Positions 53,492 through 60,779 of a stretch of 60,779 bases of DNA are shown here, one piece after another. Numbering within the stretch: the stretch's first letter is position 1; every line of letters begins with the position of its first letter. The notes under the pieces are model-generated. The model worked only from the letters and a program-made list of their open reading frames with translations. It did no database searches and was not told the DNA's origin. Source of the DNA: a virus. Position numbers and translations under genes: made by a program. Where the stretch lies: UHGV virus genome UHGV-0247086. One strand, given 5' to 3'.

Positions 53492-54587
53492 GTGTAAGTT
53501 CACACAGATATTGCAATTGCCTCAGAACACTAAAGGAGGGATTGCCAGATGTTGATGCAGCATATCGGTGTCGGCTATTTTGGGTATTACCGAGCAACTG
53601 CTTATGCGATGAAACACTCTCTTATGCCCGAGATTGCGAAGTTAAGAATGAAGGCTCTGAACTTCTGGGATAAGCACGGGATCCGTGCCGCAGCTGATGC
53701 TTTTGACGTATCAACGCGAACACTCTACTGGTGGCGCCGGTTACTGCGCACCGGTGGTCCAGAAGCACTAATTCCAAGAAGCAAAGCCCCTCTGGTTCGC
53801 CGTTCAAGGCACTGGCATCCTGATGTACTCAAGGAGATCAGGCGTCTGAGAACTGAGTTACCCAATCTCGGCAAAGAGCAGATTTTTGTCAGGCTGAAAC
53901 CATGGTGTGAAGCGCGGCATTTTACCTGTCCCAGCACGTCAACCATTGGAAGAATCATTGCTGGTGCTCACGATAAAATGCGGATGATCCCCGTACGCCT
54001 CAGCGCCAGGGGCAAAGCCCGGTTGATAAAAAAACGCTCAGTGAAGCCCAGAAGACCAAAACAATACCGCCCGGTAAAAACAGGCGAACTCATAGGGATG
54101 GACGCGATTGAACTCAGGATGGGGGACCTACGCCGCTATATCATTACCATGATCGACGAGCACAGCGACTATGCGCTGGCCCTGGCGGTCCCTTCACTCA
54201 ACAGCGATATTACCAGCCATTTCTTCAGCAAGGCCACAAAGCTCTTTCCTGTCGCTATCAGACAAGTTGTCACTGACAACGGTAAGGAGTTCCTCGGTAA
54301 CTTTGATAAAACGCTACAGGAAGCCTCGATTAAACACATCTGGACCTATCCGTACACACCGAAAATGAATGCGACCTGTGAGCGATTTAACCGGACACTT
54401 AGAGAACAATTTATTGAATTCAATGAATTGTTGCTTTTTGAGGACCTGAATTTGTTTAATCAAAGAATGGCTGAATATCTGGTGCTGTATAACAGCAAAA
54501 GGCCACATAAATCACTCGAACTGATGACGCCAGTGGACTATATTTTACGTGAGAGTAAAAATTGCAATATGTGGTGGACCCATACAC
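53492..54587 (+). mobile_element. IS481-family insertion sequence (about 1.1 kb)
   Basis: Imperfect terminal IRs GTGTAAGTTCACACAGATATTGCAATT / AATTGCAATATGTGGTGGACCCATACAC, and a single DDE transposase ORF. Confidence 0.7.
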
Positions 54588-54727
54588 CGCCGGATATCAA
54601 AAACATCCTGCCGCCAAACATCGTTGCGTTGATTAGCCCTGCGCTGGTGGTGCTGGCCGTACTATCGCAATACGTACGCCAGCCAGCATTGAAAGAAAAG
54701 GCCGACGAACTGAAGGAGCAGCAATGA
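53609..54727 (+). CDS. IS481-family transposase (integrase core); the ORF reads through the IS right end into flanking sequence
   Basis: N-terminal HTH and an rve domain (DNGKEF, YPYTPKMNATCERFNRTL). The last ~45 codons lie outside the IS. Confidence 0.75.
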   Translation: MKHSLMPEIAKLRMKALNFWDKHGIRAAADAFDVSTRTLYWWRRLLRTGGPEALIPRSKAPLVRRSRHWHPDVLKEIRRLRTELPNLGKEQIFVRLKPWCEARHFTCPSTSTIGRIIAGAHDKMRMIPVRLSARGKARLIKKRSVKPRRPKQYRPVKTGELIGMDAIELRMGDLRRYIITMIDEHSDYALALAVPSLNSDITSHFFSKATKLFPVAIRQVVTDNGKEFLGNFDKTLQEASIKHIWTYPYTPKMNATCERFNRTLREQFIEFNELLLFEDLNLFNQRMAEYLVLYNSKRPHKSLELMTPVDYILRESKNCNMWWTHTPPDIKNILPPNIVALISPALVVLAVLSQYVRQPALKEKADELKEQQ

Positions 54728-54999
54728 GCTTTGAAATTATCGCGGGACTGGTGGTCGTCATCCTGGGTGCTATTGCTGGCGCGTTCGGCATTGGTCATGC
54801 TCGCGGGGCCAGTAAGGCGAAAGCCAAAGCTGATCAGCAACGTACCGAAGAGAACGCCGCTGCTACTGTCGCCGCGGCAGAACGCCGTGCTGAAGTCACG
54901 AAAGGGGCCAGCGATGTACAGGAAGACGTTAAGCGTATGGGCGATGACGATGTTGATCGGGAGTTGCGCGAAAAGTTTACCCGCCCCGGTAGTCGTTGA
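54724..54999 (+). CDS. putative i-spanin (Rz-like)
   Basis: N-terminal TM helix followed by a charged helical periplasmic region. A +1-frame lipoprotein ORF overlaps it. Confidence 0.5.
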   Translation: MSFEIIAGLVVVILGAIAGAFGIGHARGASKAKAKADQQRTEENAAATVAAAERRAEVTKGASDVQEDVKRMGDDDVDRELREKFTRPGSR

Positions 55000-55144
55000 T
55001 ACGGCCTGCAACTGGGTGCGGGTCATCTACCTGACTGACCACGATATCGATGTGTTGGATAAACAGACCAAGCGTGACATCCTGGCGCACAACAAAGCAG
55101 TGCAGGCCAATTGCTCGCAGCTCACAGAGAAGGGTTCCAGGTAA
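54914..55144 (+). CDS. putative o-spanin (Rz1-like lipoprotein), overlapped architecture
   Basis: MYRKTLSVWAMTMLIGSCAKS lipobox, Pro-rich. It starts inside the Rz-like gene in the +1 frame and extends beyond its stop. Confidence 0.5.
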   Translation: MYRKTLSVWAMTMLIGSCAKSLPAPVVVDTACNWVRVIYLTDHDIDVLDKQTKRDILAHNKAVQANCSQLTEKGSR

Positions 55145-55274
55145 TTCAGCTACAAACGCAGAACACTTTAGGTATTGAAATTTACATGGCCACATGAACA
55201 AAAAATCAGAATACGAGACAACAGAGCGCTGAAAAATGAAAAGTTGGTATCTAAGTCAGGTGCATTAAGGCACT

Positions 55275-55523
55275 ATGGATTTTCAATTCCTTCTATCTAA
55301 GAAGCTGCCCATGACAAGAAATTCACTCCCTCAACTTCCGCATGGTTATCGATACGGTGACGAGCACTCTATTCACCCTCATTGTGATGGGGATTATTTA
55401 GCTCCGCAGGGATTTGTTATCAAGTCCGTTAACCTTGTAGATGGGGTGGTTATTTATGTGCCCATCCAACGCTACATCAAGCATCTAGATCTTTGGGTTA
55501 ATGCCGAAGGAACTGTCGAATAA
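55275..55523 (+). CDS. hypothetical protein
   Basis: 82 aa, AT-richer. Confidence 0.3.
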   Translation: MDFQFLLSKKLPMTRNSLPQLPHGYRYGDEHSIHPHCDGDYLAPQGFVIKSVNLVDGVVIYVPIQRYIKHLDLWVNAEGTVE

Positions 55524-55796
55524 ATTGTTAGTTACCGGCCTCGTTCGGGAGAGCTGAGAATTGCCATCAAAAGACCAGCAGAGATGCCTGGTGCTCTGGT
55601 TGAATGTTCCGGCAAGTTGAAAATGATTGGTTCAATGAGCTCTTTCGATATTTAAATGCTTTCGATAACTTAAATGAAGCTATCATCACGTTATCAATGC
55701 CTGCCAACACCAAAACGGCAGTGGTCAGTTAAAAAGCAGAAAATCCTCTCCCGGGTGGCTCCTGAGAGATTTTAGTTTTCTAACTGGTACCAACCA

Positions 55797-55826
55797 AAGG
55801 TCGCATTTTTTATGCGACCTTTTTTA
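55797..55826 (+). terminator. rho-independent terminator
   Basis: GGTCGCAT-TTTTT-ATGCGACC followed by TTTTTT. Confidence 0.8.
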
Positions 55827-55957
55827 TTGTGCGTAACAGGCATCCGTAAGGAAACCTTTCAGCTTGTACACACGGCAAAGATAAATGCAAAAGCATCACA
55901 GAGGCTATTTTGTCGAATGGCTTCGATAATACTCCCCACATCGCACAGAGGTAAGAC

Positions 55958-56203
55958 ATGTCAGAGATCACTGCATCCGAGCAAATCCGCCTGGATATAA
56001 TCAAGAAAGTTAATTATGACACCGCAGCGGGCAAGCTGGCCATTGACTGGGTAGGCGACAGCTATCTGAAGTCTGAGCTATTCGCTGACTCTTTCGATCG
56101 TGTTTTCACGGAAAGTGAGATAGTCTCGAAGACCCGTAAGGCAATCCAGGAAGCGACCGAAGCGCTGGCGCTGTTTGATACTGCCGCTGAGAAGGTCAGC
56201 TAA
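55958..56203 (+). CDS. hypothetical protein
   Basis: 81 aa with RBS GAGGTAAG. Confidence 0.45.
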   Translation: MSEITASEQIRLDIIKKVNYDTAAGKLAIDWVGDSYLKSELFADSFDRVFTESEIVSKTRKAIQEATEALALFDTAAEKVS

Positions 56204-56325
56204 GGCATTACAGCAGGCATTCATCGAGTGCCTGTGATAATGTTAAAGCTCCTGTATAAGGGGCAGTTGTATGATATCATGCAACGAAGCAACCAAGCTA
56301 TGGAAAGTCCGGGTAATGGTTTGGA

Positions 56326-56517
56326 GTGAATGTGACGTTTAGCAGCGGTGGTATAAATGGCTACTTTTTCCTGTTGCTTAGTATGTGGCCAGTGCTAATG
56401 GTTTTATTCCTGGGATTGTCTCCTGCATTTTACGGTGTGTTAATGCCTAAAACGGCAATTGCTTGTCTGGTGATCGCTGCAGCCTTTGGCATTGGTGGGT
56501 GGTTCTATGGATTGTGA
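56326..56517 (+). CDS. small two-TM membrane protein
   Basis: 63 aa with two hydrophobic helices. GTG start with a short SD spacing. Confidence 0.3.
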   Translation: MNVTFSSGGINGYFFLLLSMWPVLMVLFLGLSPAFYGVLMPKTAIACLVIAAAFGIGGWFYGL

Positions 56518-56775
56518 TCTAAGTAACATTTGGTCAGGTTATAAACTGGTATCTGACCGCATTACAGCAGGCATTCATTGAGTGCCTGTGATAATGCCCG
56601 TCAGACAATGGACTGATATCATTGTCTGTTTCTCCCGGTGTATTTTGAAATACTCAATACTCTCATAACGTCTCTGCCTGCCAACATCAGAACGCCAGAG
56701 GTTAGTTAGCCGGATAGATGCACCTCTCTCTGTTGGCTCCTGAGAGATTCTTTATACGCTTGTTGGTAGTGACCA

Positions 56776-56802
56776 AAGGCCGCATAATTTTGCGGCCTTT
56801 TT
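56776..56802 (+). terminator. rho-independent terminator (paralogous to the 55797 element)
   Basis: GGCCGCA-TAATTT-TGCGGCC followed by TTTTT. Confidence 0.75.
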
Positions 56803-56832
56803 CATTTCTGTAAAATGAAAGTCCTCAGGCGG

Positions 56833-56961
56833 TTAACGATGCTCTGGACCATGGAAGTGATCTCCACCATGTCCGCCGCTATGAGGCCCAGGGGGAAGGA
56901 AACATCCTGAAAGAGACAGCGCACCACAGATCACAAAAACAGCAAGCATAATTCTTTTCAT
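56833..56961 (-). CDS. 42-aa Gly/His-rich lipoprotein, not in the ORF track
   Basis: MKRIMLAVFVICGALSLSGCFLPPGPHSGGHGGDHFHGPEHR. Lipobox LSGC and RBS AGGAG. Confidence 0.4.
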   Translation of the reverse strand: MKRIMLAVFVICGALSLSGCFLPPGPHSGGHGGDHFHGPEHR

Positions 56962-57065
56962 AATAACTCCTGAACTAAAGAGCCTTAATTCCAAAACATA
57001 AAAGTGAATATTTTATGGAGAATCAGTAATTCCTTTTTCTCCCTCACGTTAAATAGGAATAATCC

Positions 57066-58070
57066 ATGGCAAAACCGGACTGGGGCGAGCTTCAGCGACG
57101 GTTCCTGTCCGATCATGCCGCAACCGGCGTATCACCGAAGGATTGGTGTGAAGCGCAGGGACTGAATTACGCTACTGCCCGCCGATACATCAAGAAACCC
57201 ACTGCGCAAACTGCGCAAAAACCTGCGCAGAAGAAACTGCGCACTGCGCAAAAGGAAAAGTGCGCAGAAGAGCTGGTGGATGATGATGGCCTCACCGATC
57301 AGCAACGTTTATTTGTCGCAGAATACCTGAAGGACCACAACGCCACGCAGGCCGCTATCCGTGCCGGGTACAGCAAGAAGACTGCTGAACAAATTGGCTA
57401 TCAGCTGCTTCAGAAAACTTCAGTTGCGCAGGCCATTGCGCAGCAGCAGAAAGCATCCATTGTGCGCACGCTTGGCAGCGCTGATGAAGTGCTTGAGCAG
57501 ATGTGGCGGCTGGCAACATTCGACGCCAACCAACTTTCTCAGTATCGCCGCGGGAGCTGCCGCTACTGCTGGGGCTTCGGTCACCAGTATCAATGGCGCG
57601 ATGCGGTGGAGTACGAAGAGAAGCGGCTTGAAGCGCTTGAGCGTAAACGTCGAGAGCCTTTGGATGATGGCGGCTACGGTTACAACCACACCAGCGCACC
57701 TAACCCGGAATGTCCTCGCTGCAATGGTGATGGCGTCGGCCAGCCATTCTTCGCCGATACGCGCAAGCTGGCGCCTGATGCTGCGCTTGCCTATTCCGGC
57801 GTTAAGCTCGGGAAGAATGGCGTGGAGATAACCGCTATCAGCCGCGAGCGAATGTACGAGGCGGTGATGAAACGTCTCGGCCTGGCTGACAGTGAGTTCA
57901 CCCAGCGTCTACAGCAGATTGAAATCGAGCGCCGGCAGCTGGAGATCGACAAGCTCCGTAAAGAGCTGGCCGCTGACCCGGAAGATGACGAACCAACGCC
58001 AGTTGCGATCAATATCAACGTAGTCGATGCGCGAGTGAGGGAAGAGGATGGCGATAGCTCCGACGCTTAA
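57066..58070 (+). CDS. terminase small subunit
   Basis: N-terminal HTH and a central LTDQQRLFVAEYLKDHNATQAAIRAGYS terminase-small motif. Immediately upstream of the large subunit. Confidence 0.75.
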   Translation: MAKPDWGELQRRFLSDHAATGVSPKDWCEAQGLNYATARRYIKKPTAQTAQKPAQKKLRTAQKEKCAEELVDDDGLTDQQRLFVAEYLKDHNATQAAIRAGYSKKTAEQIGYQLLQKTSVAQAIAQQQKASIVRTLGSADEVLEQMWRLATFDANQLSQYRRGSCRYCWGFGHQYQWRDAVEYEEKRLEALERKRREPLDDGGYGYNHTSAPNPECPRCNGDGVGQPFFADTRKLAPDAALAYSGVKLGKNGVEITAISRERMYEAVMKRLGLADSEFTQRLQQIEIERRQLEIDKLRKELAADPEDDEPTPVAININVVDARVREEDGDSSDA

Positions 58071-59355
58071 CGTTCCCCAGGCTCGTTTTCTGGCTATGCA
58101 GCAGAAGTTCAAAGCCTATGTAGCTGGTTTTGGATCCGGAAAGACATGGGTTGGCTGCGGTGGAATATGCAAAGGGTTCTGGGAGTTCCCCAAAATAAAC
58201 CAGGGCTACTTTGCCCCTACCTATCCTCAGATCCGCGATATTTTCTATCCCACGGTGGAAGAGGTTGCCCACGACTGGGGACTGAAAGTCAAAATCGTTG
58301 AGAGCAACAAAGAGGTCCATTTCTACAGTGGGCGCCAGTACCGCGGCACGACAATTTGTCGGTCGATGGAAAAGCCCGACACGATAGTAGGCTTTAAAAT
58401 CGGCAATGCGCTGGTGGATGAACTCGACGTTCTGAAAGCGGATAAGGCGCGTCAGGCGTGGCGAAAAATAATCGCGCGTATGCGTTATAAGGTTGATGGT
58501 CTGCGTAATGGCATTGACGTGACCACCACACCTGAAGGATTTAAGTTCGTCTATAACCAGTTTGTTAAGGCTGTGAGGGGAAAGCCTGAACTGAGGTCGA
58601 TGTATGGTCTGGTACAGGCTTCGACATTCGACAACGAAAAGAACCTGCCGGATGACTATATTCCTTCGCTTCTGGCGAGTTACCCGCCGGAATTGATCAA
58701 GGCATATCTGAACGGCCAGTTTACTAACCTGACCAGCGGCACCATTTATCATCAGTTCGACAGGGTGCTGAATAATTCCAGTGAGGAAGAGCAGCCAGGT
58801 GAAGCGCTGTATATCGGGATGGATTTCAACGTCGGGAAGATGGCCGGGATCGTCCATGTATTGCGGCTCGGCTTACCACATGCGGTAACAGAGATTATCA
58901 ACGCTTACGATACGCCCGACATGATACGCATCATCAAGGAACGTTTCTGGCTGTATGCCGACGGTGACTACCGCAAGGTCCGCGAGATTTATATTTACCC
59001 GGATGCCTCTGGTGATTCCAGGAAGTCAAACAACGCCAGCAAAACAGATATTGAGCAGCTCCGGCAGGCCGGATTTAACGTCATCGTTGATGATGCTAAC
59101 CCGCCGGTAAAGGACCGCATTAACTCCATGAACGCCATGTTCTGCAATGGTAATGGCGATCGCCGGTACAAGGTGAATGTGGCCCGTTGCCCGGTCTATG
59201 CCGACTGCCTGGAACAACAGGTGTGGGATAAAAACGGCGAGCCGGATAAAAAGAGCGATAACGATCACCCCAACGATGGCGCCGGTTACTTCATTGTGAA
59301 GCAATTCCCAATCGTTCGACCTGCATTCTCTATTTCACTGGACACGACATTCTGA
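58048..59355 (+). CDS. terminase large subunit
   Basis: Walker A GFGSGKT, an ATPase plus nuclease domain layout, and 435 aa. Confidence 0.9.
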   Translation: MAIAPTLNVPQARFLAMQQKFKAYVAGFGSGKTWVGCGGICKGFWEFPKINQGYFAPTYPQIRDIFYPTVEEVAHDWGLKVKIVESNKEVHFYSGRQYRGTTICRSMEKPDTIVGFKIGNALVDELDVLKADKARQAWRKIIARMRYKVDGLRNGIDVTTTPEGFKFVYNQFVKAVRGKPELRSMYGLVQASTFDNEKNLPDDYIPSLLASYPPELIKAYLNGQFTNLTSGTIYHQFDRVLNNSSEEEQPGEALYIGMDFNVGKMAGIVHVLRLGLPHAVTEIINAYDTPDMIRIIKERFWLYADGDYRKVREIYIYPDASGDSRKSNNASKTDIEQLRQAGFNVIVDDANPPVKDRINSMNAMFCNGNGDRRYKVNVARCPVYADCLEQQVWDKNGEPDKKSDNDHPNDGAGYFIVKQFPIVRPAFSISLDTTF

Positions 59356-60755
59356 TGGCCAATAACGATATTACTTACGTTCGCCCTGAGGTCAGGGCGG
59401 CAATGCCCGTGTGGAAAAAAATTCGTGACGTGTGCAAAGGGGCTGATGCTGTAAAGGCCGCCGGGAATGAATACCTCCCTTTTCTGGATCCGTCCGATAA
59501 GTCTGCACGCAATAAAAAGCGCAATGCTGATTACATTCAACGCGCCGTTTTCTACGCGATAACGGGCAATACAAAGGTGGGTTTACTGGGGCTGGCATTC
59601 AGAAAAGACCCGACCATGACCGCGCCGGATAAACTGAATTATCTTCGTGATAACGCCGATGGTGCTGGTGCCAGCATTTATCAGCAGTCCCAGCAGGTTA
59701 CAGAAAATATTCTGGAGGCCGCGCGCGAGGGGCTTTATACGGATTATGCAGCTGAGACCGACGAGGCGATCATCCTTCGTTATCAGGCGGAAAGCATCAT
59801 TAACTGGCGCACCAAACGCATCAATGGACGTGATCAACTGGTGCTGGTGGTTTTACGCGAATGCATGGAAAAGGAAGATGGTTTTGCGTACGAGGATGAA
59901 ATCCAGTATCGCGAACTTGCCCTGGAGGACGGCAAGTTTATCTGCAGGGTGTGGCGAAAGTCGGCCGATGCAGGGTCTTTTTCCGTCGATTCTGAGTATC
60001 ACCCGAAGCCTAAAGGTGAGGATTTTTGGGATGAGATCCCCTTTACCTTCGTTGGTGCACAAAATAACGATCCCAGCATCGACGAGTCGCCATTAGCCGC
60101 CCTCGTTGAAATTAACCTTGGTCATTATCGAAATTCGGCGGATTACGAAGACAGCGTATTTTTCTGCGGTCAGGTTCAGCCGGTGATTTCCGGGCTTGAT
60201 ACCGCCTGGCGTGACTGGCTGCAGGATAAGGGAATTCGTGTCGGTTCTCGTTCTCCATTCCTTCTGCCGAAGGAGGGGAGTTTTACCTATGCTCAGGCGC
60301 AACCAAACACCCTGGCTAAAGAGGCGATGGACAGTAAGCGTGATTATTCTGTTCAGCTTGGCGCCCGGCTTATCGAGCAGAACGGTGCGGTTAAAACCGC
60401 CACGCAATCCAGCGGTGAGCAAACCGCATCCACATCGGTGCTCGGCATTTGCGTTTCCAATGTCTCGGAGGCTTATACGCTGGCGCTCGGCTGGTGCGCC
60501 AGATATCTCGGCATAAAAGGCGAGGAATACCGTTACAGCATCAATCAGGAGTTTATCGCCAAAGTCGCTGAATCCGGCATGGTAACGGCAATCGTCAATG
60601 CCTGGCAGTCCGGTGCGATTCGCGACACGGATATGGTCAGAGCTCTGCAGAGGCTTGACCTGATAGATCCCGCTGATGACCCTGAAACTGTCATTGACGC
60701 TATTCGTAACGGCGCGCCTAACCTGATTGGTGGCAATAATGGCAACGGCGAATGA
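59355..60755 (+). CDS. portal protein
   Basis: 466 aa, after terL, with ATGA coupling. Confidence 0.85.
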   Translation: MANNDITYVRPEVRAAMPVWKKIRDVCKGADAVKAAGNEYLPFLDPSDKSARNKKRNADYIQRAVFYAITGNTKVGLLGLAFRKDPTMTAPDKLNYLRDNADGAGASIYQQSQQVTENILEAAREGLYTDYAAETDEAIILRYQAESIINWRTKRINGRDQLVLVVLRECMEKEDGFAYEDEIQYRELALEDGKFICRVWRKSADAGSFSVDSEYHPKPKGEDFWDEIPFTFVGAQNNDPSIDESPLAALVEINLGHYRNSADYEDSVFFCGQVQPVISGLDTAWRDWLQDKGIRVGSRSPFLLPKEGSFTYAQAQPNTLAKEAMDSKRDYSVQLGARLIEQNGAVKTATQSSGEQTASTSVLGICVSNVSEAYTLALGWCARYLGIKGEEYRYSINQEFIAKVAESGMVTAIVNAWQSGAIRDTDMVRALQRLDLIDPADDPETVIDAIRNGAPNLIGGNNGNGE

Positions 60756-60779
60756 CAAACTGCAGGATGAATCCATAGC
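60739..60779 (+). CDS. 5' end of the head morphogenesis gene, continuing into position 1 if the sequence is circular or contiguous
   Basis: ATG at 60739 overlaps the portal stop by 17 nt. Its frame runs off the window end in phase with the frame of ORF 14..1072. Confidence 0.5.
   Translation, partial: MATANDKLQDESI

Noticed and set aside
1-60779. CRISPR arrays
   Set aside because: No CRISPR-like array (regular 28-37-bp direct repeats with unique spacers) is present. The only tandem repeats are the iterons and the short repeats noted in findings.

Overview
The window reads as one circularly permuted temperate siphovirus genome of about 60.8 kb, lambdoid and of Enterobacteriaceae (Klebsiella-like) type, rather than a prophage with host flanks. 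Gene order runs head morphogenesis, scaffold, major capsid, connectors, major tail, G/GT chaperones, tape measure, tail tip and host specificity. It continues with an invertible tail-spike region, a Hin/Gin-type invertase, an IS/intron-scarred accessory region carrying umuDC and an SRAP peptidase, then P4-like int/xis and a RecET-like module. After IS1 come the repressor, cro, replication O-like and DnaC-like genes, a nin-like region, Q, a tRNA, an IS-disrupted lysis cassette, terS, terL and portal. A head-morphogenesis ORF appears to start at 60739 and continue across the window end into position 1, which supports circular contiguity.

The most striking system is an ~8.06 kb segment (15823-23879) flanked by inverted 26-bp Hin/Gin-like crossover sites with 12-2-12 symmetry. 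It carries two complete, oppositely oriented tail-spike cassettes with near-identical 5' ends (~330 bp inverted repeats) but different enzymatic C-termini: an SGNH/SASA-type esterase on one side and an alpha-helical glycanase-like domain on the other. Each cassette has its own LamG-like partner gene, and a serine DNA invertase sits immediately outside the right site, so this looks like a whole-gene host-range inversion switch. One cassette's LamG partner is split by an IS66-family element with a clean 8-bp TSD.

Other notable features:
- an ISL3 element inserted exactly inside the umuDC LexA box
- a group II intron starting 1-3 nt after that box
- an AT-rich OLD-like ABC-ATPase/Toprim defence candidate next to a C5-methyltransferase relic
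- an AT-rich two-TM orphan between umuC and the SRAP gene
- a standalone ClpX zinc-binding-domain mimic
- iterons inside the O-like gene
- a G/GT A_AAA_AAG frameshift
- an Ig-domain ORF in the -1 frame after the capsid gene
- two moron genes between the tail chaperones and tape measure
- invertase 3'-end relics
- IS1, IS481 and several small unannotated membrane or lipoprotein ORFs.
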